From assembly GCA_022560375.1 (NCBI GenBank), contig JADFTK010000001.1:1-62519 (forward strand): a stretch of 62,519 bases of DNA. Reading direction: 5' to 3'. Position 1 is the stretch's first letter. Each line of letters starts with the position of its first letter. The notes below the pieces were generated by a model that was not told the origin of the DNA, made no database searches, and saw only the letters and a list, made by a program, of their open reading frames with translations. The DNA is from Patescibacteria group bacterium (GTDB taxonomy: Bacteria > Patescibacteriota > Patescibacteriia > UBA10025 > JAHIVO01). The position numbers and the translations under genes were made by a program. Below are positions 9,361 through 17,735 of this stretch, piece after piece.

Positions 9361-9651
9361 ATGCGGGTAAAAAAAATGATATATATCAGCCTTTCTTCCC
9401 TGCTGGGAATCATGATCAGCTACATTTTCCATGCTGCTATAGAGATTTCATATATAAATAGCACTGATGTAACTAAGTGGTATAAGCATTTAGGAGTAGG
9501 CAGCTGCGCTTTGCCCCCATATATCCAATATGGTTTACTAGCCATCGGAGCAGTTGGGGGAGTGATGGTAGGATTTCATTGGTGGAGAATTGTATACATT
9601 GAAAAAAGGCACTGGTGGTTCAAGAAACGTTTAAATGGGAATAATAATTAA
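9361..9651 (+). CDS. small hypothetical membrane protein
   Basis: The ORF track starts at GTG 9343, but TATAAT at 9346-9351 lies inside that extension. ATG 9361 (MRVKKMIYISL...) is therefore preferred. Two hydrophobic segments. Confidence 0.4.
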   Translation: MRVKKMIYISLSSLLGIMISYIFHAAIEISYINSTDVTKWYKHLGVGSCALPPYIQYGLLAIGAVGGVMVGFHWWRIVYIEKRHWWFKKRLNGNNN

Positions 9652-9660
9652 AATATAATT

Positions 9661-10722
9661 ATGTTTGATAATCTGTTTACCAATATTTTTTGGTCAAAAA
9701 CCCTGCTGGAAAATTCGTATAAAGATTTTCTAATGGCAGCTATTCTACTGTTAGTGTTAATAATTATTTTTAAAGTTTTTCAGAGCATCGCCATATATAG
9801 GCTTGGGAAATTAGCGGGTGAAACTAAAACGGATATAGACGACACGGCCATTGAAATATTTAAAACTATCAAGCCTCCCTTTTTTATTTTCTTTGCTTTC
9901 TATTTGGCCTTTAGAACACTGACCTTTCCTGACGCAGCCGTTAAAGTCATTAGTTCTTTGCTGATAGCTTGGGTAATCTTTCTATCAATCAAAGCAGTAC
10001 AGATATTAATTGACTATCTGTTCAAGTCAAAATTTCATGATGAAGGGAACGCGGGGACACAGTCAGCCGTGAAAGCAGTTTCTTTAATCTCGAAAATTAT
10101 TCTTTGGAGTATCGGATTTATTCTTATTTTATCTAACTTGGGCATCAATGTCACTTCCTTGGTAGCCGGACTAGGAGTGGGTGGTATCGCAATTGCTTTA
10201 GCTATGCAAAATATTTTAAGCGATTTATTCAGTTCTTTTGCAATTTATTTTGATAAGCCTTTTAGCGTTGGTGACTTTATCGTCGTTGGTGACAAGAAAG
10301 GGACCGTCGAAAAGATAGGTATCAAAACTACCAGACTTAAAGCTCTCCAAGGTGAGGAGTTAGTGATATCCAATCAGGAGTTAACCAACGCTCAAATACA
10401 AAATTTCAAAAAAATGAATGAGCGCAGAATTAATTTTTCTATTGGCTTGACTTACGACACGTCTACTGAGAAATTAAAAAAAGTACCGGAGATGATAAAG
10501 AAGATAATCGAATCGACAGAAGGCGCACGATTTGATCGTGTCCACTTCAAGGAATTTGGAGATTTTTCACTGAATTTCGAAATAGTTTACTTCATCAAGT
10601 CCTCAGATTTTCAGAAGTACATGAACGTTCAGCAATCTATTAATTTTGAAATAAAATCCATATTTGAAAAAGAAGGAATTACTATGGCTTTCCCTACTCA
10701 GACTATAGAAATAGCAAAATAA
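9661..10722 (+). CDS. mechanosensitive ion channel, MscS family
   Basis: 353 aa with N-terminal TMs. Conserved MscS core: GVGGIAIALAMQNILSDLFSSFAIYFDKPFSVGDFIVVGDKKGTVEKIGIKTTRL. Confidence 0.85.
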   Translation: MFDNLFTNIFWSKTLLENSYKDFLMAAILLLVLIIIFKVFQSIAIYRLGKLAGETKTDIDDTAIEIFKTIKPPFFIFFAFYLAFRTLTFPDAAVKVISSLLIAWVIFLSIKAVQILIDYLFKSKFHDEGNAGTQSAVKAVSLISKIILWSIGFILILSNLGINVTSLVAGLGVGGIAIALAMQNILSDLFSSFAIYFDKPFSVGDFIVVGDKKGTVEKIGIKTTRLKALQGEELVISNQELTNAQIQNFKKMNERRINFSIGLTYDTSTEKLKKVPEMIKKIIESTEGARFDRVHFKEFGDFSLNFEIVYFIKSSDFQKYMNVQQSINFEIKSIFEKEGITMAFPTQTIEIAK

Positions 10723-10724
10723 AA

Positions 10725-11115
10725 ATGTCAATTATTCACCGTTCAATTGATGACTATAAATCATTCGTTGGCTCTGAGGTAATTGCTAAAATAAGGAGAG
10801 CCGCACGGCCATTACAAAACAAGCACGTTATAATGGTTAATTCGACCCCGTCGGGGGGTGGGGTGGCCGAGATATTAAATAGTATGGTCCTTTTGCTGAA
10901 TTCACTCCGTATAAAAACTGAGTGGAGGATACAAGGTCTTTCATGATGCTTTCCAAGGGGATTCGATATCTTTAACTCCTAAATTGAGAAACAAAAAAAT
11001 ACGCAACAGACTTGGTTCTAACGGTAAAGAGCACGTGCGGAAAAATTTTCTTATTAATCGTCACATACTAGATTACCTGAATATATTTAATTACCATTTA
11101 AGTGGAAAGTTTTGA
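10725..11115 (+). pseudogene. decayed TreT-like (GT4) glycosyltransferase: frameshift plus large internal deletion
   Basis: First frame gives the N-terminus ...VNSTPSGGGVAEILNSMVLLLNSLRIKTEWRI then a stop at 10946. The +1 frame from 10936 reads FHDAFQGD... and jumps directly to a GT4 C-terminus ...LGSNGKEHVRKNFLINRHILDYL, stop 11113-11115. About 300 aa of core are missing. Confidence 0.6.
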
Positions 11116-12374
11116 TTAAAATAATTTTATTAGTAGTTGTAATTTTATCTGTCATAAGTGCTATTATTTGGGGTGGTGATTTTTATAGGAATAATTTACA
11201 AGGCATTAAGCCTTCTTTGCTACCACCGCCCGAGGATATCAGCGAACTCATTGAGAGCAGTAACGATGGTAGTGCTGCGATTGCTGACGACGATACCTCT
11301 CTTGTTAATAAAACGAGTTATCCTCTTAGTTTGCCTGATAACTTTAGTATATCAATATTTGCCAAGGATTTATCTAAACCGCGCGTACTCTTGATTGATC
11401 CCAAGGGCACTCTTTTGGTTAGCGATACCGGAGCCAATACCATTGTAGGTTTACCTGATAATGATGGCGACAGAGTATCTGATGGCCCACAAGTAATTTT
11501 AAGTGATCTAAATAGTCCACATGGTATGGCGATGCGCTGCCTATCCTCATGTAAATTATACGTCGCGGAAACAGACATGCTTTCAGTATACGATTATGAC
11601 CCAGCCAACTTATTGGCCGTGAATAGGGTGGAAATTATGGATCTCCCCAGCGGTGGTAATCATCAGACTAGAACGTTAATTTTCATGCCTTCGCCAAACG
11701 GCAGCAAACTTTTAATTTCCATAGGTTCGTCATGTAATGTATGCAAGGAAAAAGATGAAAGACGAGCTAGCGTATTAGTTGTTGACGTAGACGAAGATAA
11801 TGATGTCCGCCAATTCGCCACTGGCTTAAGGAATGCTGTGTTTATGACCTCCCATCCAGTTACAAATAAAATTTGGGTGACTGAAAACGGACGGGATCGA
11901 TTAGGCGATGATATACCACCCGATGAGATAAATATTATCAGTGACGGGGGTGAGTACGGCTGGCCGTATTGCTATGGAAAAAGTGTAGTAGATGCTGATT
12001 TTGATGATACAGAAAAAGGAAGGCAGGTTTGCCAAACAGCCTTAGGCTCATTTATTGACATCCAGGCTCATTCGGCACCACTGGGACTGTCATTTATACC
12101 CGAAAAGGGCTGGCCGGAAGAGTATCAAGGTAATTTACTAGTTGCCTTTCATGGATCCTGGAACAGAACTACTCCAACCGGTTACAAAATATACCGTTAT
12201 ATTCTTGACAATCAAGGTAATTATATTGATGAAGAAGATTTCATAAGTGGCTGGCTGACCGATGACCAAAGATCCTTGGGTCGTCCAGTCGACATCCTGG
12301 TTCAGCCAGATGGAATCATATATATATCAGACGATAAAGCAGGGGTGATCTACAGGGTTCAATACTCTGGTTAG
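11112..12374 (+). CDS. PQQ-dependent sugar (glucose/sorbosone) dehydrogenase-like beta-propeller, membrane anchored
   Basis: 420 aa, TTG start, N-terminal TM. Motifs: PHGMA, WVTENGRD.LGDD.PPDE.N, GWPYCYG, HSAPLGL, GRPVDILVQPDGIIYISDD. Confidence 0.7.
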   Translation: MIKIILLVVVILSVISAIIWGGDFYRNNLQGIKPSLLPPPEDISELIESSNDGSAAIADDDTSLVNKTSYPLSLPDNFSISIFAKDLSKPRVLLIDPKGTLLVSDTGANTIVGLPDNDGDRVSDGPQVILSDLNSPHGMAMRCLSSCKLYVAETDMLSVYDYDPANLLAVNRVEIMDLPSGGNHQTRTLIFMPSPNGSKLLISIGSSCNVCKEKDERRASVLVVDVDEDNDVRQFATGLRNAVFMTSHPVTNKIWVTENGRDRLGDDIPPDEINIISDGGEYGWPYCYGKSVVDADFDDTEKGRQVCQTALGSFIDIQAHSAPLGLSFIPEKGWPEEYQGNLLVAFHGSWNRTTPTGYKIYRYILDNQGNYIDEEDFISGWLTDDQRSLGRPVDILVQPDGIIYISDDKAGVIYRVQYSG

Positions 12375-12380
12375 AGTAAC

Positions 12381-12409
12381 TAGCCAAGGTGATTTTGCTT
12401 TGCTATAAT
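12381..12409 (+). promoter_or_regulatory. putative secDF promoter with extended -10 (TGcTATAAT)
   Basis: TAGCCA (12381-86), 17 nt, TATAAT 12404-12409 preceded by TG at 12401-02. Confidence 0.4.
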
Positions 12410-12449
12410 GACATACAAAATAGTATAGTTAGTAGTTTTTAATTTAGTT

Positions 12450-14117
12450 ATGACAATCCGTAAAAAAGTTTGGCTTACCTTCGCTGGTATTATGATTTTG
12501 ACGGTATTAGCTGTGATTGTAGATTATCCAAAAGGTCCAGATATTAGAATTGGTAATTATTATAAAGAATTAAAAGTCCATCTGGGTCTTGATCTTCAGG
12601 GTGGCACCCATTTGGTATACGATGCTGATACTTCTGAAATCTCTTTTTCGGACAAGGAATCGGCTCTAGAAGGAGTTCGTGACGTCATTGAGCGACGGGT
12701 CAACACCCTGGGAGTTACTGAGCCCCTTGTTCAGACGAATAAGAGCGGAGAACAATGGAGAGTAATAGTTGAGTTAGCGGGAATCCAAGACGTTAACCAA
12801 GCAATCGATTTGATAGGTGAAACCCCTTTGCTCGAATTTAGGGAACAAAAACCTGAAGAATTAGCTGAGGAGGAATTAAATGCCATTAAGGCCTTAAACG
12901 AAGAATCCAAGAAAAAAGCTGAGGCTATCTTACAACTTGCTTTGACTGAGGATGCTGATTTTGCGTTACTAGCGGATGAAAATACCGAGGATCCTGGCAA
13001 CGTTGATCCACAAACTGACGAAAAAAAAGGGGGAGATTTGGATTTTTTTACGAGGGATCAGATGGTGCCTGATGAATTCGGTGATGTGGTATTTGATAAA
13101 CTAGAAGTAGATGAAATTTATTCCGAGTTGGTAGAGTCACCATTCGGCTATCATATCATCAAGAAAACTGGCGTTGAAGAAGATCGGGCGCGGGCTAGTC
13201 ATATATTATTCACGAAACAGTCTACCGAAGGAACGGTGAATTTTATTAATACCGGTTTATCAGGAAAACATTTAGATCGCGCATCAGTGACATTTGATCC
13301 TACCACCAATGAACCCCAAGTCAGTTTAGAATTCGACGACGAGGGAAGTGATTTATTTGAAGAAATCACCCAGAGAAATATTGGAAATACTGTTGGGATC
13401 TACCTTGATGGGAGTCCTATATCTATACCTAGGGTCAATCAAGCTATTACCAGCGGCAGTGCCGTAATCACTGGTAATTTTTCTTTGGACGAAGCTAAGC
13501 TATTAGTTCAAAGGCTGAATGCCGGGGCATTGCCGGTACCTATTACTTTAGTTTCCCAACAAAATATTGGAGCAACTTTGGGCGCCTCATCAGTAGAAAA
13601 AAGTCTAGTAGCCGGAATTATTGGTTTAGTCTTAGTGGCCATTTTCATGATTGTATATTACCGGCTACCCGGTCTGATATCGGTGATTGCTTTAATAATA
13701 TATGCACTTTTTGTCTTGGCCATATTCAAACTAGTACCAGTCACCATGACTCTAGCCGGAGTCGGTGGGTTTATTTTATCTATTGGTATGGCTGTAGATG
13801 CTAATGTCCTAATTTTTGAGCGGACAAAAGAAGAATTACATGACGGAAAAAATTTGCGACTGGCCATAGACACTGGTTTTAAGAGGGCCTGGCCTTCAAT
13901 ACGCGATTCAAATATTTCCACACTCATTACCACTATTATTTTAGCTTGGATAGGTTCTAGCGTGGTTAAAGGCTTTGCCATTACTCTAGGAATTGGGGTA
14001 TTGATCAGTATGTTCTCTGCCATTACTGTTTCTAGAACTTTACTCCGTTTAATAGCTACGGATTGGTTTGAAAGGAGACTGAAATGGTTCCTGCCACATT
14101 CCCTAAAGTCAAAATAG
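12450..14117 (+). CDS. secD: protein translocase subunit SecD with an inserted parvulin-type PPIase domain
   Basis: SecD hallmarks: LGLDLQGGTHLVY, ...LLEFRE, LDG.PIS.P, NAGALPVP and C-terminal 6 TMs. An insert at about residues 135-255 matches PpiC: GGDLDFFTRDQMVPDEFGDVVF...SPFGYHIIKK...ASHILF. Confidence 0.9.
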   Translation: MTIRKKVWLTFAGIMILTVLAVIVDYPKGPDIRIGNYYKELKVHLGLDLQGGTHLVYDADTSEISFSDKESALEGVRDVIERRVNTLGVTEPLVQTNKSGEQWRVIVELAGIQDVNQAIDLIGETPLLEFREQKPEELAEEELNAIKALNEESKKKAEAILQLALTEDADFALLADENTEDPGNVDPQTDEKKGGDLDFFTRDQMVPDEFGDVVFDKLEVDEIYSELVESPFGYHIIKKTGVEEDRARASHILFTKQSTEGTVNFINTGLSGKHLDRASVTFDPTTNEPQVSLEFDDEGSDLFEEITQRNIGNTVGIYLDGSPISIPRVNQAITSGSAVITGNFSLDEAKLLVQRLNAGALPVPITLVSQQNIGATLGASSVEKSLVAGIIGLVLVAIFMIVYYRLPGLISVIALIIYALFVLAIFKLVPVTMTLAGVGGFILSIGMAVDANVLIFERTKEELHDGKNLRLAIDTGFKRAWPSIRDSNISTLITTIILAWIGSSVVKGFAITLGIGVLISMFSAITVSRTLLRLIATDWFERRLKWFLPHSLKSK

Positions 14118-14125
14118 TCTAATAT

Positions 14126-15022
14126 ATGTATAATATAATCCAAAAGAGAAAAATCTGGTTAGTAGTTTCTGCCACGTTTATTATCCCCAGCATTATCATG
14201 TTTTCTATTTCCGGTTTGAAGCTGGGCATTGATTTTACAGGCGGTAGTTTGATTCAAGTTGGCTTTGCAGACGAGAGACCGTCATCACAAGCAGTAGCTG
14301 ATTCTCTATCTGAGTTCGATGTTGGCGCAGTCAAGGCACAACCCCTGGGAGACAGCGAAATGACTATCAGGATCAAAGAAATTGATAACGAAACTTACCT
14401 TACGATATTAGCCAGCCTCAGAGAAAATTTTGGCCAGGTTGAGGAGAGAAGCTTTGAATCGATTGGGCCGACTATTGGTAGGGAGCTAAGAGAAAAAGCT
14501 CTAATAGCTATCGCCTCGGTTTTGTTTTTTATTATCCTATACATATCAATAGCGTTTCGAAAAACTGGAAGCAGTTCAGTCAAATCATGGGTGTATGGTC
14601 TTGGCGCGCTAGCCGCCTTGTTTCATGACATAATTATCGTGGTAGGAGTATTTTCCTTCTTAGGTTATTTCTTAAATGTCGAGGTGGACACTCTGTTCAT
14701 TACAGCATTACTAACGGTGTTAGGGTTTTCAGTCCATGATACTATTGTTGTTTATGATCGAGTAAGAGAACAACTTAAATTAAACGTGACAGATACATTT
14801 GAAGAAGTTGTCAATATCAGCGTTAATCAAACTATAATAAGATCTTTAAACACATCATTAACAACTTTATTGGTATTATTTGCTCTTTATCTTTTCGGTG
14901 GGGAATCAATCCGATATTTCATCCTGGCCCTAATTATTGGTATAGCGGTAGGTACCTACTCTTCGATTTTCATAGCTAGTCCGTTTTTAGTTTTTTGGAA
15001 AAATATTACTAACCGATCATAG
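14126..15022 (+). CDS. secF: protein translocase subunit SecF
   Basis: 298 aa. GIDFTGGSLIQV start of the periplasmic domain and 6 TMs including FSVHDTIVVYDRVRE. Directly follows secD. Confidence 0.9.
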   Translation: MYNIIQKRKIWLVVSATFIIPSIIMFSISGLKLGIDFTGGSLIQVGFADERPSSQAVADSLSEFDVGAVKAQPLGDSEMTIRIKEIDNETYLTILASLRENFGQVEERSFESIGPTIGRELREKALIAIASVLFFIILYISIAFRKTGSSSVKSWVYGLGALAALFHDIIIVVGVFSFLGYFLNVEVDTLFITALLTVLGFSVHDTIVVYDRVREQLKLNVTDTFEEVVNISVNQTIIRSLNTSLTTLLVLFALYLFGGESIRYFILALIIGIAVGTYSSIFIASPFLVFWKNITNRS

Positions 15023-15034
15023 CTCATAAACAAT

Positions 15035-15064
15035 CATCTTATGATTAGCTTAAGATGTTTTTTT
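15035..15064 (+). terminator. rho-independent terminator after secF
   Basis: CATCTTA (15035-41) pairs with TAAGATG (15051-57), then TTTTTTT. Confidence 0.65.
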
Positions 15065-15107
15065 GTTTGCCAAATCTGGTGAAATTTGTCTAAATATGTA
15101 ATGCAAC

Positions 15108-15136
15108 TTGACATTATTACTCAAGTATGCTATACT
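15108..15136 (+). promoter_or_regulatory. sigma70-type promoter TTGACA-N17-TATACT with TG extension
   Basis: TTGACA 15108-13, 17-nt spacer ending in TGC, TATACT 15131-36. About 65 nt upstream of ATG 15201. Confidence 0.55.
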
Positions 15137-15200
15137 AAACATGCTTAATTAATATTAAATTCAGCTTGAAGTACTAAGTTAGAGGTTTGAATTTAAGTCT

Positions 15201-16313
15201 ATGGATGATCAAAATTCAATACTAGACAGAGTAATAACAAGTAAAAAAACTACGGAGATTGAGCAGTTCAACCCCGCTGAAGTAGTTTCGACCTTGTTCA
15301 AAAATTTAACTTCCAGAGAAGAAGATGTGCTAAGAAGAAGATTTGGACTCGCTGGTAAATCTAAAGAAACGCTCGAAGAAATTGGTAATACGTATAGTGT
15401 TACCAGGGAAAGAGTCCGCCAAATTGAAAACACAGCCATTGCCAAAATAAAGAACTCAAAAAATTTCGGTAGTACGGTCAACGTGATAGAATCGACCTTA
15501 TTATCCGTACTTGAGCAGCAGGGTAGTATTATGTGTGAAGATTCAATGCTTGCTGAATTACTACAGGTGGTGGGCGACAATGCAGTAAATAGGCAAAATA
15601 TAATTTTTATAATTTCCGAATTACTAAACACAAAATTTAAACCCATAAAGCCAACAGATCAATTTAAGCAATCGTGGCGAACAACACATGCACCATTACA
15701 TTTGCTCGAAGAAACTATTGCCTCGGCCCTAGAGATTATTAAAAGCAATGGCAAGCCTTCACCAATCACTGATATAATTGAAAAGATATCAAAGACTGAG
15801 TTCTATCAAAATAATCAACAGCAGCTCAGTGACAACACTATTATTTCTTATATAGAGGTCAGCCAGCAAATTTCAAGAAATCCATTTGATGAGTATGGAT
15901 TGTCGGAGTGGGGAAGTATTGTGCCTAAAAGAATGAATGACAAAATTTTCCTAGTTTTAAAAAAGCACGAAAAACCCATGCACTTCACCGAAATTGCGGA
16001 CAAAATAAATCAGACGAAATTTGATGACAGGAAGGCATATCCTCCTACGGTCCACAATGAATTGATACTCAACTCACAGTATGTTCTCGTGGGTAGGGGA
16101 ATCTACGCCCTCAAAGAGTGGGGGTATAAACCGGGAGTGGTAGCTAAGGTACTTTTAGATATTATAAAAAAGAATGAGGGCCCTATGTCTCGCGATGGTT
16201 TAGTCAGGGAGGTTCTAAACCAAAGGATCGTAAAAAAGAATACCATCCATCTCGCCCTAACCGATAAAACAAAATTTAAAAGGCTGTCAGATGGTAATTA
16301 CGATTTAGCATAA
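15201..16313 (+). CDS. sigma-70 region-4 HTH protein with C-terminal HARE-HTH-like winged-helix modules (not a complete sigma factor)
   Basis: Residues about 38-85, REEDVLRRRFGL...TLEEIGNTYSVTRERVRQIENTAIAKIK, form region 4.2. No region 2 is visible. The C-terminus MHFTEIADKI...GRGIYALKEWGY resembles the RpoE-delta/HARE-HTH fold. Confidence 0.6.
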   Translation: MDDQNSILDRVITSKKTTEIEQFNPAEVVSTLFKNLTSREEDVLRRRFGLAGKSKETLEEIGNTYSVTRERVRQIENTAIAKIKNSKNFGSTVNVIESTLLSVLEQQGSIMCEDSMLAELLQVVGDNAVNRQNIIFIISELLNTKFKPIKPTDQFKQSWRTTHAPLHLLEETIASALEIIKSNGKPSPITDIIEKISKTEFYQNNQQQLSDNTIISYIEVSQQISRNPFDEYGLSEWGSIVPKRMNDKIFLVLKKHEKPMHFTEIADKINQTKFDDRKAYPPTVHNELILNSQYVLVGRGIYALKEWGYKPGVVAKVLLDIIKKNEGPMSRDGLVREVLNQRIVKKNTIHLALTDKTKFKRLSDGNYDLA

Positions 16314-16330
16314 AACCCCATCTGAAATTT

Positions 16331-17731
16331 ATGGATTTTTTTACTTTTGATCTAGTATTATTATTTGAATCACTACCAAGCGCTAGCAACCCCTTTGGCG
16401 TCATGCTTTTATTGTTTACCAGTGGCGGTTGGGTGGTCTTTATATTTGTCTTTATTTGGGGAGCCTGGATCGCCCGGGTGGAATTCATTAGAAATAGGTA
16501 TAGTGATAATTTAGAATACGTACTACTGGCGATCGATGTGCCAAAAATGAACGAACAATCGCCCAAGGCAGTAGAACATATTTTTGCCCACCTGTATGGG
16601 ATTAGAAAAAGCGGCAACCTAAAAGATAAATATCTAAAAGGGTATACCCAGCCCAGTATTAGTCTGGAGATTGTAAGTTTAGAAGGATTCATCCAATTTT
16701 TGATAAGAGCACCAATTAAGTTTAGGGATTTGGTAGAGGCAGCAATATATGCACAATACCCAGAAGCTGAGATTACCGAAGTTGATGACTATATTGATCT
16801 GATTCCTAAGCCGCTAGAATTTCCTCACCCAGAATGGGATCTTTGGGGGACGCAGTATAAAATGACAAAAAATCAAGCCTACCCCATAAAAACTTACCCT
16901 TTTTTTGAACACAGTTTATCGCAAAAATTAATGGATCCCATGGCTTCTCTTATGGAAACTATGAGCCGACTGGGCCCAGGAGAACATATTTGGATTCAAA
17001 TAATAATTTCACCAGAAAAAGATAAGTGGAAGGAAGAAGGAGTTCGCTTAATTAATAAGTTAATTGGAAAAAAATCAGAAAAATCCAGCATTGATTGGAT
17101 GTATTTTCCACGCGAAGTAGGCCGAGGTCTGGGTGAATCTTTCACGGCGTCTATTGTACCTCCTACGGAAATGGAGTCTGCAAATAAAAAAAAAGTTGAA
17201 CGAGAATGGCCCAGCCAGATGCAACATTTATCACCACTGGAAAGAGGAGTAGTGGAATCAATAGGGATTAAAATTGAAAAATTGGGGTTTATGACAAAAG
17301 TTCGATTTATTTACGCCGCCAAGAAGAAGGTCATGAATACGGGGAGGGGGGCCTATGCTGTCAATGGGGCGTTTGCACAATTTAGCTCGCAAACCGGTAA
17401 TTCCTTTTCAATTAACAAGAAAGTTCAGACAAAAATTAATTATTTTTTTACTAAGCGCAGGCTACTTGCCAGAAAACGTAGGTTGCTATGGGCTTATCGT
17501 GATAGGGGCATGAAAAGGGGGCGTAAGGGCTCTATCTTCAATATTGAAGAATTAGCAACTATCTGGCATTTTCCTGTATCTGAAGTCGGCATTGCCTCAG
17601 TACAATCAGTCGATGCCAAAAAAGCTCAACCACCGGCAGCGCTGCCTGTAGAAACTTCACTTTTATCTCCACGGAAATCAGAGGCCACTAATTCTAAAAA
17701 TGCACCACCAATAAATTTACCAACCAGCTAG
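16331..17731 (+). CDS. hypothetical 2-TM membrane protein, partner of the downstream VirD4/TraD-like ATPase
   Basis: 466 aa with hydrophobic segments only near the N-terminus (VMLLLFTSGGWVVFIFVFIWGAWI) and a large soluble remainder. Its stop lies 4 nt before the ATPase start. Confidence 0.5.
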   Translation: MDFFTFDLVLLFESLPSASNPFGVMLLLFTSGGWVVFIFVFIWGAWIARVEFIRNRYSDNLEYVLLAIDVPKMNEQSPKAVEHIFAHLYGIRKSGNLKDKYLKGYTQPSISLEIVSLEGFIQFLIRAPIKFRDLVEAAIYAQYPEAEITEVDDYIDLIPKPLEFPHPEWDLWGTQYKMTKNQAYPIKTYPFFEHSLSQKLMDPMASLMETMSRLGPGEHIWIQIIISPEKDKWKEEGVRLINKLIGKKSEKSSIDWMYFPREVGRGLGESFTASIVPPTEMESANKKKVEREWPSQMQHLSPLERGVVESIGIKIEKLGFMTKVRFIYAAKKKVMNTGRGAYAVNGAFAQFSSQTGNSFSINKKVQTKINYFFTKRRLLARKRRLLWAYRDRGMKRGRKGSIFNIEELATIWHFPVSEVGIASVQSVDAKKAQPPAALPVETSLLSPRKSEATNSKNAPPINLPTS

Positions 17732-17735
17732 CGAA

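Noticed and set aside
11158-11578. ORFs 11158..11394(+) and 11318..11578(-) inside the dehydrogenase gene.
   Set aside because: Alternative-frame or antisense ORFs within a well-supported 420-aa coding frame, with no motifs of their own.
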